Under the pieces are notes generated by a model. That model was not told where the DNA came from. It made no database searches and was given only the letters and a program-made list of their open reading frames with translations. The translations under genes and the position numbers were made by a program. Of a stretch of 64,000 nt of DNA, positions 50,629 to 62,987 are shown piece by piece (within the stretch, counting starts at the first letter, position 1; each line of letters starts with the position of its first letter). The stretch is from Balanoglossus misakiensis (taxonomy: Eukaryota > Animalia > Hemichordata). The stretch lies in the NCBI GenBank assembly GCA_040954595.2, contig CM082585.2, positions 3,812,902 to 3,876,901 of the forward strand. The letters are read 5' to 3'.

Positions 50629-50877
50629 TCGAACCTGATTCTGGCGCAAGTTTGACTGACTAGGTCTAATCGCGAACCCTTTGATATACACACAAAAAAA
50701 TGTAAATTTTCAAAGTACGATTCACTTTTCCCAGGGATTTATTAACCTTCACGCGATTCTAATCAGTGAAATGGCATGGACACTAGACTTACGTAAGAGA
50801 AAAAGGGGTCGAGTAAATACGCGCTATCACAACTATTTAAGATGAGGAACACGCTATATATGAGTTATCGCAAGTAA

Positions 50878-52180
50878 AATTAAAGCTGCAAGCAGCATTG
50901 AAGGGACACAAGCAAATAGAGAAATTATGACAAATCCATTGCATCACTTGTCAATGCTGTAACTGCTGTGGATGCTGAGATATGGGAAAGTTGGTCACCA
51001 TTTGTGAAGCTTGCCAATTTAGGGTCAGCAAATAATACACCATGCTCGGAAAAAAATTGTGGTCATACATTACATATAGTACAGCACAGGTAGGCCTACA
51101 CATACAGGTAACAAAATGAAAGAGCACGGGTCAGATAATGAATCTGTTACATGAGTTAAGTTGAATCGGTCATGAAGCACACATCACCACATTTTTAAAT
51201 GCCAAAAACAAGTATAAATAACTAAAGAAGAATAAACTAAATTCCCCCACTACAACTATAAATATCAACGAAAGCAATACCAGGTATTCAAATATTTGGA
51301 TGGCTTATATTTAGCACTATCTAAAGTGGATTGTAAAAGGTAAACTCACCTACACATACAGGTAACAAAATGAAAGAGCACGGGTCAGATAATGAATGAC
51401 CTAGTATGGAAGTGCGTGCCTATATATATGTGTATAGCGCCCTCAACGTATGCAGGTAAGTATGTAAGTCAACCCCCTGACCCAGGTGTATAACGCCCTC
51501 AACGTATGTAGGTAAGTAAGTAAGTCAACCCCCCTGTCACAGGTAAGTAGGTAAATCAACCCCCGGTCACAAAAGGTTATCTGAGGTCACCAAAAATTTG
51601 AGATAAATATTTTGACTCAATGTTGGTCCATGTGCAACAAAAACCAGACTTCCAGCCCTTTTTGGTTACCCTGGATTTAGGTATGCAAATAATTAATAAG
51701 TTACGTAGGTGTCACAGGTGATCCCCGAATTTGGCATTTCATTATGGTCCCATCCCTCCAAACGCCAATGCTGTACCTGCTCTGAATGCTGAGATATGGG
51801 AAAGTAGGTCAAAGGTCACCCTAAATTTGGGCAAACAATTTTGACTCGATATTGGTTCATGTGCAACAAAAACCAGACTTGTTACCTTTTTGGTTACCCT
51901 GCAATTAGGCATGCCCATAATTAATGAGTTAAGCAGGTGTCACAGGTGACCCCCAAATTTGGCTCTTTATTTTGGTCCCATGCTGCTCACTGGCCCATAG
52001 ACAGTCACTGTCCAGGGCCATTGCACATGTCAGAATTCCACAAAAAGGTGTGGACATAGGCCAATTGGTTGGTCCAAAGGCCATACAAATATGGAAAAAT
52101 ATTATAAAAATTAACTTCTCAAAAGCGAAATGGCCCAGGACCTTGACTTTTGGCATACAGGACATACAACATTTGTAAAA
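50878..52180 (-). mobile_element. Diverged, rearranged HINE relative (family C)
   Basis: 3' tail CCCTTCAATGCTGCTTGCAGCTTTAATT and diverged ~238-bp repeat units at 51570-51980; 5' head absent. Confidence 0.7.
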
Positions 52181-52336
52181 TTAAAAGGCAACCCCCATTT
52201 ACCCTGGACCCCCCCCTCATAATAACTAAATGTTCTCTAAGTTCGGAATGCGCGTCCAGTTGTTTACTACGTTACATCTCCGATTTTTGTTGAAAAATAC
52301 AATTGCGGGCGCCGCAGTCATTTCAAGGAATTTGTA

Positions 52337-52580
52337 GGGACAACAGTTTCAAAGGATGACGTATGCAGTTCGTGGAGTTCTAAAACCTCGGTCTTGAATG
52401 AAGTAGAGCGAGACGATCAACACGGATGACGGGACAACAGTTTCAAAGGATGACGTATGCAGTTCGTGGAGTTCTAAAACCTCGGTCTTGAATGAAGTAG
52501 AGCGAGACGATCAACACGGATGACGTATGCAGTTCGTGGAGTTCACAAACATCGGTCTTGGATGAAGTAGAGCGAGACAC
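52337..52580. repeat. About 94-bp tandem duplication plus a diverged partial unit
   Basis: GGGACAACAGTTTCAAAGGATGACG at 52337 and 52431. Confidence 0.8.
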
Positions 52581-52929
52581 AATCTGATGTAGGGAACGGC
52601 GACTTGCTTTTTTTATGCTGTCGCAACCACGTCGCCGTTCCTTACATCTGATTTTAATCAGGTTGAGCGAGACGATGAACATGGGTTTTACCACAGACAA
52701 ATAACAGAGTCATATACGGGTAATACAGTGGCTTTCACTGTCACGTGACCACCACTGGTTGACAAATAAGAACAGTAAAGGCGCAGTAGAATTTGAGTAA
52801 AGTAACCAAATGTACTTCATTATGTTATATTTAAACAATAATTGGTGAAATATACAACATGCATGCTGTCTGATCTGAGTCTGAGTACAATCTTGTCTGA
52901 TATTTACCGCAACCCGCCCCACACAAGCC

Positions 52930-54446
52930 GCATTGCACCGATAGTTAACTTAAAATTTTGCAATGATGATTGTGCTTTTCACGATTTCTAAATCTGCTCA
53001 AAATTCTCATATATATCACGTTTTCTTTATATATGTCACGGCGCAATATACAATACCCGTTTTCTTGCATGTCAGACCATGGTCACTCCACTCTGACCAC
53101 GGTCACTCCGCAGTGACGTTTGAACTAACGCAGGGCCGGGCTGGGCATGTACCGTGTAAGATTTATAACAATCGCTCAGGGTGACTTTCGTTGAAGCGTT
53201 AAGTAACCTCGTTTGCTGATCGCGGTTTCGTTGTTAAACTTATCCGAAGCTCAAGCTCCGAGACTATCATAAGAGACTAGCACTTGATGCATACCTTTTG
53301 GCCAACATGTAGGCAAATATATGACACCGCCAACGATTCCAACCGTTATTTGCAGTCATCATGCATGACTGCTTCCAACAAACACTTCCAATAAACAACC
53401 ATACAAACAGGACGTAAACTTTATGTCGCCCATATATTCAGTCCAAAGTTCGCACATTCAAAAACAGGAAACGGAACTTACATTCTCAGAAGCGACTACC
53501 ACAAAGAGTAACGGGTGAAAGGTTACGCGCGCCTTTCACCAGAGACGGAACGGACACAAATTATCATTAATTATATTATACTAGTATATTGATGGTGTAA
53601 ATCACGCTATTTGATTGGTCGAGACACGACACGTGACCGTGATATATTAGCCATATACCACAGTCATATTTCATAGTCAAAGAAAATGCCTTTTTAAAAT
53701 GTTTTATGCAAAGTTTCAATATACTGGCATAATATAATAGCAATAAAACACCCCCGGCCATGGTATACCACTCGATTTTGACCAGTTCAACTCCATATAC
53801 GCACTCGCTATCGCTCGTGCGTATATGTCGTGAACTGGTCAAAATCTCGTGGTATACCATGGCTGGGGGTGTTTTATTGCTTAAATATCTATATTGTTTT
53901 TACTTTGTCTTAAATTTACTGACAAAAAACTACAGGTGAAACAATTAGAAGTTAGTACCTAAAAGCGATTTACTCAAAATTACCCTGTTTTCATACTCAA
54001 GTACACTGCAGTCGCATATGTTTGATCTTTACATTGTATATCAACAGTGTCTTCCACGAAATGCAATTTCTATCCTTCGCGTGTATTTACTTTACGAAGA
54101 AATCTGACAATTAACAAGCGTGCAACGAGCCGAATCTCCCGTTCGGGTACTATATAAATCCAAGCCCAACGACTTAAATTTTCAAGTGACTCGTCTGGCA
54201 GAGGAGCAAGACAAAACGACACCGGACTTCAAATATTCGACTTTCAACTTCCAGTCTCAAAGCGTAAGTTTGAATATCACTTTTGTCTTTTACCTCCAAC
54301 TGCACATTTACATTATTTTGTTCGGAATGATGTATCTTCCAAGTACGCCCCATGATTTTGGGTCATATATAGATCACTTATCGCTTCCACCAGACTGTTG
54401 TTTCCTCATGTGCATGGTGTGACTACCCTTAATACACTATCATTTT
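52930..54446 (+). promoter_or_regulatory. Upstream block of lectin gene 1: TATA 54151-54158, non-coding exon ending 54263
   Basis: TATATAAA followed ~110 nt later by GC|GTAAGT; the next exon (acceptor 56238) carries the ATG; block duplicated at 59590-61927. Confidence 0.6.
53571..53880. mobile_element. Non-autonomous Crypton-like element
   Basis: Absent from the duplicate block (empty site CATTAAATAT at 60187); long terminal hairpin GCAATAAAACACCCCC...GGGGGTGTTTTATTGC; TTAA at both sides. Confidence 0.6.
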
Positions 54447-54574
54447 GTTTAATGCTCGATCCCGGCCGCTCGAGTTTACATTCATCGTCGCCATGTTGGT
54501 TCACGATCGTAATTTCTCTTTCTGACGCTGTTTCGTTAAGAAAATGCCACTGATATGCCACAAAATCAATTGTT

Positions 54575-54712
54575 GGTATAATATAATAGCAATAATCCCC
54601 GCCTCAGTCGGGTATACACTCGACTTGGGTACAATTCGCTCCATATAGCACTCGCCTAACGGCTCGTGCTATATGTCTCGAATTGTACCCAAATCTCGTG
54701 TATAACCGCCTA
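54575..54712. mobile_element. Related Crypton-like hairpin fragment
   Basis: TATAATAGCAATAA..CCCC and ACTCGC...GCTCGTG hairpin similar to 53734-53880. Confidence 0.45.
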
Positions 54713-54813
54713 CTGTCCTCACCCCCATGGATTCCGCAATATATTGTCAATTGTGACAATTAGTAACGTTTCTACATCTTAACTTTTGGTAGCATTTTAT
54801 TGAGGCTAGCAGT

Positions 54814-55162
54814 TTAAAGGCGACTGTATGTGGCTCCTTGATATTTTTGTAATTTCAATTTTCTCATTCTCCTCCCTATAGTATAGAACCCAAAATACTA
54901 CGTTTTCAGTAATTTAACAAGTCTTGTACGTGTACATAACATTTGTTATTATTAAGTTGACAAATGCTTTCAAGTCCGGACCTGAATACAATGTGAACTT
55001 GCAACAATAAGTATGCCGATTGTGCACACATGGGCTATGTTAAGAAGAGAAATATTAGTTATAGCATCCTTCTTAAGGTAGCTGAACAAGAAACCATGGT
55101 TACATTGATACACAGAACAAAATACTGAAAAACAGAAAAAGCTACGGATAGTGTAGTTTTAA
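54814..55162. mobile_element. Degenerate TTAA-flanked (Kolobok-like) MITE
   Basis: TTAAAGGCGACTGTATGTGGC / GCTACGGATAGTGTAGTTTTAA imperfect TIRs. Confidence 0.4.
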
Positions 55163-56264
55163 TAACATGTAAATTATTCGGTAAATACTATGAAATTCGA
55201 AGAATTATACACTGCAAACAATTCATTTATGACTCATTTCACAGTCGTTGATAATCCATGTTAATTCCGATGCGGTTGAGTAATTGTGACTGCTTAATTA
55301 TCAAATATATAGAGATAATTCTTACATACACAAACAAGTAACACTTTACTCGTAAAGGAAATCTAACCAAAGAACGAACTGTCTTCATCCACTAATTAAA
55401 GGGCGACGATCGTCTTATGCGCATGTGCCAAACCAGAGACTCTGGTTACAAAAATTGTATACACTCAATGCCACAAGTTACTACCAGAACACCCAATCGC
55501 TTGCGGTCTGGCATGTTTTCTAGTTTTCTTCATATAAGTAACGGTCATCGTTATTGTTGACGAATATGAATTCAACTTTCAATAATAACAATTCTGGGGA
55601 CTACGAAACCAAACACTGAGCACTTCTAACCACAAACAAAAAAACAAAAAAATACCGAGAAAATAGCCATAAGTTGGAGATACTGGGACTTTAAAGGGAC
55701 AAAGTCTCTCTCTCGCTGCCCTTTTTCTATTAATCATGTTTGATAAAAGACACTGTTCACTAGTATGTTATTCTACATGTGGATATATAGTGAATCAATG
55801 TTCAACCAAACACAACTTCCATCCCACTTGTAGACACGAGAGTGAAAAAAACGCCAAAATCACAGACAAATAGAAAATAATTTCTCTTTGTCTGTGCCAA
55901 AATGAATAATCATTTCCGTGTTTCACGCATATTGCCTTGCCTACTGACAACAGTTCATTGATGTACTCCAATGAGACAATTTTTCAATGCAACATGTCAC
56001 TTTTTTTAATTACGGGAATTTTTGACTGTACTGATATTTCTTTGATTTTGTGGTCATTTTTGTCATAAATAAGTGTTATCTTGATGTACTATCAGGCAAT
56101 ATCATTTAATATACAGAATGAAAAGTATATCCGAATCTATTTAAAGCTTAAATTGTTTATCCAGTTGCAGCTCATGAGCCTTTCACATAGACCTAGGCTC
56201 ATTTTTTTCTCTCCTGACTTGTTCATATCTGTTTTCAGTCAAGAAAACACGACTGGCTAGCAGG

Positions 56265-56571
56265 ATGTTGAAGGTGGCTATTCTTTTGTCAGTGTTAGTG
56301 ACAACTGCACTGGGAGAAGGTAAATTCTTATTAAATGTATGTATGTATGTATGTATGTATGTATGTATGTATGTATGTATGTATGTATGTATGTATGTAT
56401 GTATGTATGTATGTATGTATGTATGTATGTATGTATGTATGTATGTATGTATGTATGTATGTATGTATGTATGTATGTATGTATGTATGTATGTATGTAT
56501 GTATGTATGTATGTATGTATGTATGTATGTATGTATGTATGTATGTATGTATGTACATGTATGTGTGTACA

Positions 56572-56647
<76 letters not shown>

Positions 56648-58070
56648 GTACTTTCTTTATATGAGCATCTAATAGACATATTATATTCTTGATACTCTCA
56701 CCCAAGAAGACATTCTTTGATTGTTATCCCCAGGATGTCCTTCCGGATGGACGAAGTTCCGCAACAGTTGTTATTTTGGATTCTTGCGGCCTCTGTACAA
56801 ATTTGAGGAAGCGGAGAGAATTTGTGAAGGGGCGCACAGTACTCTCATAGTTGTTGATGATGCGCTGGAGAACTTGTTTTTGGAAGGTGAGATTTACAAG
56901 CCGTCATTTTTTTTTCCTGGGTGACTAATTACATGCAATATTATAACACACCATGCAGCGAACCCTCGATCGTGATTCGTCAATACGCTGTCACGTGACC
57001 TTATTCATTTCGAACTGTTCCCTAGGGCATCAGTTCGATCAGTTTCTGCCCCGTACTGTTGCCCCGTCTTGATATAATTCCGTGTTTGGTGTGTTATAAA
57101 ACACATGATGACTGGCATATTCGGGCAACAGTGTATTTTTATGACCTCGGGACTGCCAGTCACACCAAAACAGTCTGTTATATTGTTAAAATTTTCCGCA
57201 AAATACGTTGCAATGAAGGGGTAAGCTGATCTTCAGTGTAATGTAACATCTATACTTACTTTACACCTCAGGTTACACACAGAAAAAATTTAACATCTGG
57301 ATTGGCGCAACAGACAAGCTTCACGAAGGGGTATTTGTAACCCTCGATGGCTCCCGGGTAAGTTGCTTGAATTTACAGAACAATGAGCATGCAGCAGCAA
57401 CATTTAATTGAACATATTACAACCGTCTCCTCATCATAATTTAGACAACGGATGGCATTTCTGGTGATTTTAGCATGCGTACCTAGATGCTGAATGAATG
57501 GGTGAGACACAATTAGCTTTTGAACTGACATCTCATCAGGGGTTCAGAAAACGTCAGTATATACTCATCAGAAAACATGGAACACACTACGTTTAATGTA
57601 AACTCGTGCAATTACAATGAAATGCAAAAGTGGCTCATGGGCCTTTACGTAAATAAGCCATACGTATTACATGTCATGTGGTTTATGATATCAATCGTGA
57701 TTAGATTGACGGTTGAAATGAAGAGTTAAATACATATAGATATTTTTAGGTGCTATAAGAGACACATCAAGGATAAAATACAGTTACAATGTACATCTTA
57801 TCGGCTTCTCTTGTGTCTGTTATGATTATACAGTTGTTGTTGTTGTTGTTGATGGTGATGTTGTTGTGTTATCTGTATTTGTCTTTCTTACCCCCGAATC
57901 GCTGTCGTGCATCACAGCTACGATACACCAACTGGTACAGCGGGCAACCTAACAATGGTGGTGGCAATGAGGATTGTGTCCATATGTATGGTGATAGAGA
58001 TGGTAAATGGAATGACACCGAATGTTACAAGCGTTTTGGCTTTATCTGTGAGAGACCAGCCAGAGATTAA
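56265..58070 (+). CDS. Secreted single-domain C-type lectin, 148 aa
   Basis: Exons 56265-56319, 56734-56886, 57272-57357, 57918-58070, all in phase; signal peptide, CPSGW...CY, WIG, QPN, EDC, WND, FICE. 3' UTR intron 58096-58630 and AATAAA near 58822. Confidence 0.93.
56335..56646. repeat. Compound microsatellite (TATG)n(TG)n
   Basis: Direct reading; intronic. Confidence 0.98.
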
Positions 58071-59589
58071 TGGACACCATCTATCAGAAGTCTAGGTAAG
58101 AGAATACACAATCACGTGATGAGGACATATTTTTCACTCTTTCCTTATAGCACTCAGATTTGTAAAATATTACAAGTTACCATTTAAAATTAAAATTCGC
58201 TCATGCCATAGTGTAACATCTGTGATATACGGCTTGAAGATGATGAGGTTGTTTGATTAAAGGAAAATAAACATTTATTCGAAACTATCAACTGCGCATG
58301 CAAGCTTCCTAATGGTGTAAGTATTGCTAAGATTTGAAACTAAATTTTTAGCGGACTCATACATATAATATGTCTGAACATGATAAATAAATTGTCAGAA
58401 GAACATGTAGGCCAACAAGAATCCGTCTCTAAATTTCGTAAACAACATGCTTTTTACTGCCTTATCCGAAAGGGATACGAAAGGGAGACAGGTTTGGTGG
58501 ATCAACTGAGACCGTCTCAGCCAAACCCTGATTCATGATGACACGACAGTATTGGCAGTAACTTTTGGTGGAAACAAAGAGAATATACCTTAGCTACAAT
58601 AAAGATGAATCTATTTTTCCTTTTTCACAGACTCAGATAAAACCAGAGATGATCCTGAAGCAGAATTCACCCAATTGTTCTCTTTGAGTCGTTCGTTCTC
58701 AATCCCTTTAGATGAAAACATGTTCTTACTATCTTGGTGTCTTGTTGGCAAATAGCTTTATTGGAATATTTTGAATATTTCAGGAATATTTGGCGATTTG
58801 TGTTCTGTATGTTTGCCTATAAATAAAATGTCCACACTATTCTTAATTTTATCTCTGAACTATCTTGCATGAAATCAAAACGAAAAGCAAATAAAATTTC
58901 TCATAGAGAACATTTACTTTGTCTACGTCATTTAAAAGTGTTTGTTTGTGTGTGTGTGATGTTGTGAATATGGAAGTGCTTACATTACATGAATAAATCG
59001 GCTGTTAGAAGGATGAAGAATTCTGACAGAAAAACGAAAAAATACTATAAATTAGCAGGCTTACACTAATTTGCGGAACGGAACGGAATAGCCACAGGAA
59101 ATAAAAAATAGTTTCTCCAAATCCAAAAAATTGTCCACGTTTTGCTTTTATCACCACACGGATTTTGAACGGAATGGAAAGGAATTTCGGGTATGCATAT
59201 TATTTTTTGAAGTTTTTACTGTTTTTCCAAGATAAAAATTTAGTATTCTACTACAGAAAATGAGACTGATTCCAATTTGAAACCACATCTGAGACCAAAC
59301 CACATCTTACCTCGCATATCGCGCTTTATGGAGGTCGCAGTTAACGTGTCAAATATGCGAATGACATGGCGCCTTAATTGCCTTTTCCTCTGGCGGGAAG
59401 GTGAAACTTAGGCGGTAATAACTTCTCACCTCTAAAATTGATACATTGCCATTGCCTTGTTGGCTGCCTATCCATGTGATGCTATCCCAAAGGGAAAGCA
59501 AGGATCGTCAGGTGGCGCGCTGGCGCGTCACAGCTTGACTGCTCCCCCCTTGCCCTTCAATGTCATAGGAGCATGAATTTACATCAGGC

Positions 59590-61927
59590 GCATTACACCG
59601 ATAGTTAGCTTACAATTTTGCAATGATGATTGTGATTTTCACGATTCCTAAATCTGCTCGAAATTCTAGCTTCTACCCGTTTTCTTGCATGTCAGACCAT
59701 GATCACTCCACTCTGACCACGGTCACTCCGCAGTGACGTTTGAACTAACGCAGGGCCGGGCTGGGCCTGTACCGTGTAAGATTTATAAAAATCGCTCAGG
59801 GGACTTTCGTTGAAGCGTTAACTAACCTCGTTTGCTGACCGCGGTTTCGTTGTTAAAATTATCCGAAGCTCAAGCTCCGAGACTATCATAAGAGACTAGC
59901 ACTTGATGCATACCTTTTGGCCAAAATGTACTAGGCAAATATATGACACCGCCAACGATTCCAACCGGTATTTGCAGTCATCATGCATGACTGCTTCCAA
60001 CAAACACTTCCAATAAACAACCATACAAACAGGACGTGAACTTTATGTCGCCCATATATTCAGTCCAATGTTCGCGCATTCAAAAACAGGAAACGGAACT
60101 TACATTCTCAGAAGCGACTACCACAAAGAGTAACGGGTGAATGGTTACGCGCGCCTTTCACCAGAGACGGAACGGACACAAATTATCATTAAATATCTAT
60201 ATTGTTTTTACTTTGTAGTACTACCTATTTACTCAAAATTACCCTGTTTTCATACTTAAATGTTTAATCCTTACAAGACATAAATATTAATAAATATTTA
60301 AAATATGCGCCCTCAACTAGTATTTTCTAGGTATTTTTAGGGGTCACCTGTAGCGTTTCGGTTCTCCACGCCGCTTTCTTACCTAGGCCTGATAGTTTAT
60401 CAACAGCGTCTTCCACGAAATGCAATTTCTATCCTTCGCGTGTATTTACTTTACGAAGAAATCAGACAATTAACAAGCGTGCAACGAGCCGAATCTCCTG
60501 TTCGGGTACTATATAAATCCAAGCCCAACGACTTAAATTTTCAAGTGACTCGTCTGGCACAGGAGCAAGACAAAACGACACCGGACTTCAAATATTCGAC
60601 TTTCAACTTCCAGTCTCAAAGCGTAAGTTTGAATATCACTTTTGTCTTTTACCTCCAACTGCACATTTACATTATTTTGTTCGGAATGATGTATCTTCCA
60701 AGTACGCCCCATGATTTTGGGTCATATTAAGATCACTTATCGCTTCCACCAGACTGTTGTTCCCCATGTGCACGGTGTGACTACCCATACACAACTCGTC
60801 ACAGATAGTACAATAGATTTAGCGGTTGATATTTTAGAGAGCAACCTCATTTTGAGGTGATATTTTTGGGGTGGGGTGATATCAACCTATTGAACTCTCG
60901 GCATGATAGCAGAAATTTCACTCGACTTCGTCTCGTGATATTTCAGCCATCATGCCTCGAAAATGAATATTTGGCGGTACGGTCGTGATATTGACTCTCG
61001 GCTACGCCTCGAGACAATATCACGACCTACCTCCAAATAAAAATGCAGACAAAACTACAAAATGTAACATTTCGGGCCATGGCCCATTCGTTGAAAGTCC
61101 GTAGCGCCCACATATTACGGCGTTGAGTATTCTTGGGAATGGAATTTTTTGCAACCCCCTGTACGCAGGAATCCGACACTGGGTCAGCAAACCGCCCTCT
61201 GGGAATGTCCTTTAACGAAATAAAAAAATGATTCAATATACATTCTTACTTGCATGTTCAACGACAACGTACACGATAAAAAGGTGAAAATGGCGGAATG
61301 AATAAAAGACTTCGTGACTCACCGAAGGAATGCTGCTGACTGCTATATCCATATTTTCGAAGCCAAGCTTGTTCAAATATTCTGCTGCTTGTGAGGCTTC
61401 AATTAACTCTTCATCAGAGATATCAGAAAAATCGGGATACACCTCATGCGCCATGCTGCCACTATGACACGTTCAGGTAGAAAGAAATTGTGCCTCGTGG
61501 CCGTGCATTTATATTATAAGATATGCCATTGTGCATGTGTAAAACATGCACAGCCAATACAATTGGAAGAAACATTGCGTGTGAGCTTATTACTAAACAA
61601 TAATTGGTTGAACTAGGTAATATATGCATCCCAGGTGCAAAACGCTGAATAATTAAATACTTTCCGTAAGTAGGACCATACCATTTTGAAAGTTAGGCTG
61701 ATATCAACCGCTTAGGGTCCATACAAAAGATGTTTAAACACTGTATTGTCGGTCGAGGGGTGTTTACTTGTAGAGGGGCCTGCACCTTTCACTCGTTGTG
61801 TATGTTAAATATCGTATGACTACCTCGGCGTCATCCATAATATCAACCTCGGACTTCGTCCTCGGTTGATATTATGGATATCGCCTCGTTAGTCATACGA
61901 TATATATACTTAATACACTATCATTTT
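59590..61927 (+). promoter_or_regulatory. Duplicate upstream block before lectin gene 2: TATA 60510-60517, donor 60623
   Basis: Near-identical to 52930-54446 apart from indels and different TE insertions. Confidence 0.6.
60787..61909 (-). mobile_element. Crypton-like element with N-terminal coding remnant
   Basis: Absent at the paralogous site 54428; encodes DISDEELIEASQ and RF...SIPKNTQRRNMWALRTFNEW..ARN, typical of DUF3504/ZMYM/KCTD1-type tyrosine recombinase N-termini; CCTCGG/ACTCG hairpins near both ends. Confidence 0.65.
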
Positions 61928-62019
61928 ACTGTGCGGATCAAGACCGTAGCGGAACACCGTGTAGATATACATTTTGTTTGCTAATTACTCGAATTAGGTA
62001 CACTTCTTGTATTTTATTA

Positions 62020-62279
62020 CGTGTTGTGTTGTATCGTATTGTATTGTACTGTACTGTATTGTGTTGTACTGTATCGTAAATCGTTGTATGTGTTGTTGTG
62101 TTGTGTTGTGTTGTGTTGTGTTGTGTTGTGTTGTGTTGTGTTGTGTTGTGTTGTGTTGTGTTGTGTTGTGTTGTGTTGAGTTGTGTTGTGTTGTGTTGTG
62201 TTGTGTTGTGTTGTGTTGTGTTGTGTTGTGTTGTGTTGTGTTGTGTTGTGTTGTGTTGTGTTGTGATGTGTTGAGTTGT
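62020..62279. repeat. (TGTGT)n pentanucleotide microsatellite
   Basis: Direct reading. Confidence 0.95.
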
Positions 62280-62987
62280 AATAGACTAGATTGCCTTCAC
62301 CACACACAATGCGTTAGATCGCATAACCTTTTAGGCCAAATTGCCAAAAACGTATATATTCGACGCGAGCATAGCTAAGAAAATACACCTCCCAGGAAAA
62401 AAAATCTCGAATGTGTGCGATTTCTGTCATAAATAAACATTTCTTACAATATGAAAAAGGCAGCATTTACAGAATTTTGGGGTGGGGGTTTCATATTCTT
62501 TGACAAAAATTGATTAGAACATACATACTTCGAAAGCTTTATGTGTGACAAGTCAATTATTACGTCAACCATGACGCGTATACGTGATCTCATCCGCACT
62601 CATTCTGCATGGTGGCTAAATGCATGACACGTATTTTATGTCACCGCCTCTGAAATGTGGACTGCGCTACATTGACAGTCATGTGTAGTGATCTGCACTG
62701 GGTCTCACAAATACAATACAGTCGTCTGAGTTTTGACCTTCCCCACAATACTGTGGCATGGTGCGGTCGGGGACATTTTAAGCAATACAATGGCACTCTA
62801 TGCCCTCCAGCGGCGGCGTATTTTACTTACGCGGTATGTGACAGCACATAAGGGAATACCGCGCAAGTAAAAGACGTCGCCGACGTCTGATTTTAATCAA
62901 ATCGCATGGACACGAGACTGATGACGTTTTTCAAGTAGTCTTTTTCGGCGATCATGTTTTCTCAGATAGTCCAATTAACGACAAGAT

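Noticed and set aside
54120-54422. Duplicated ~100-aa ORF (also 60440-60730)
   Set aside because: Non-ATG start, spans the TATA box and splice donor; similarity is explained by recent DNA duplication.
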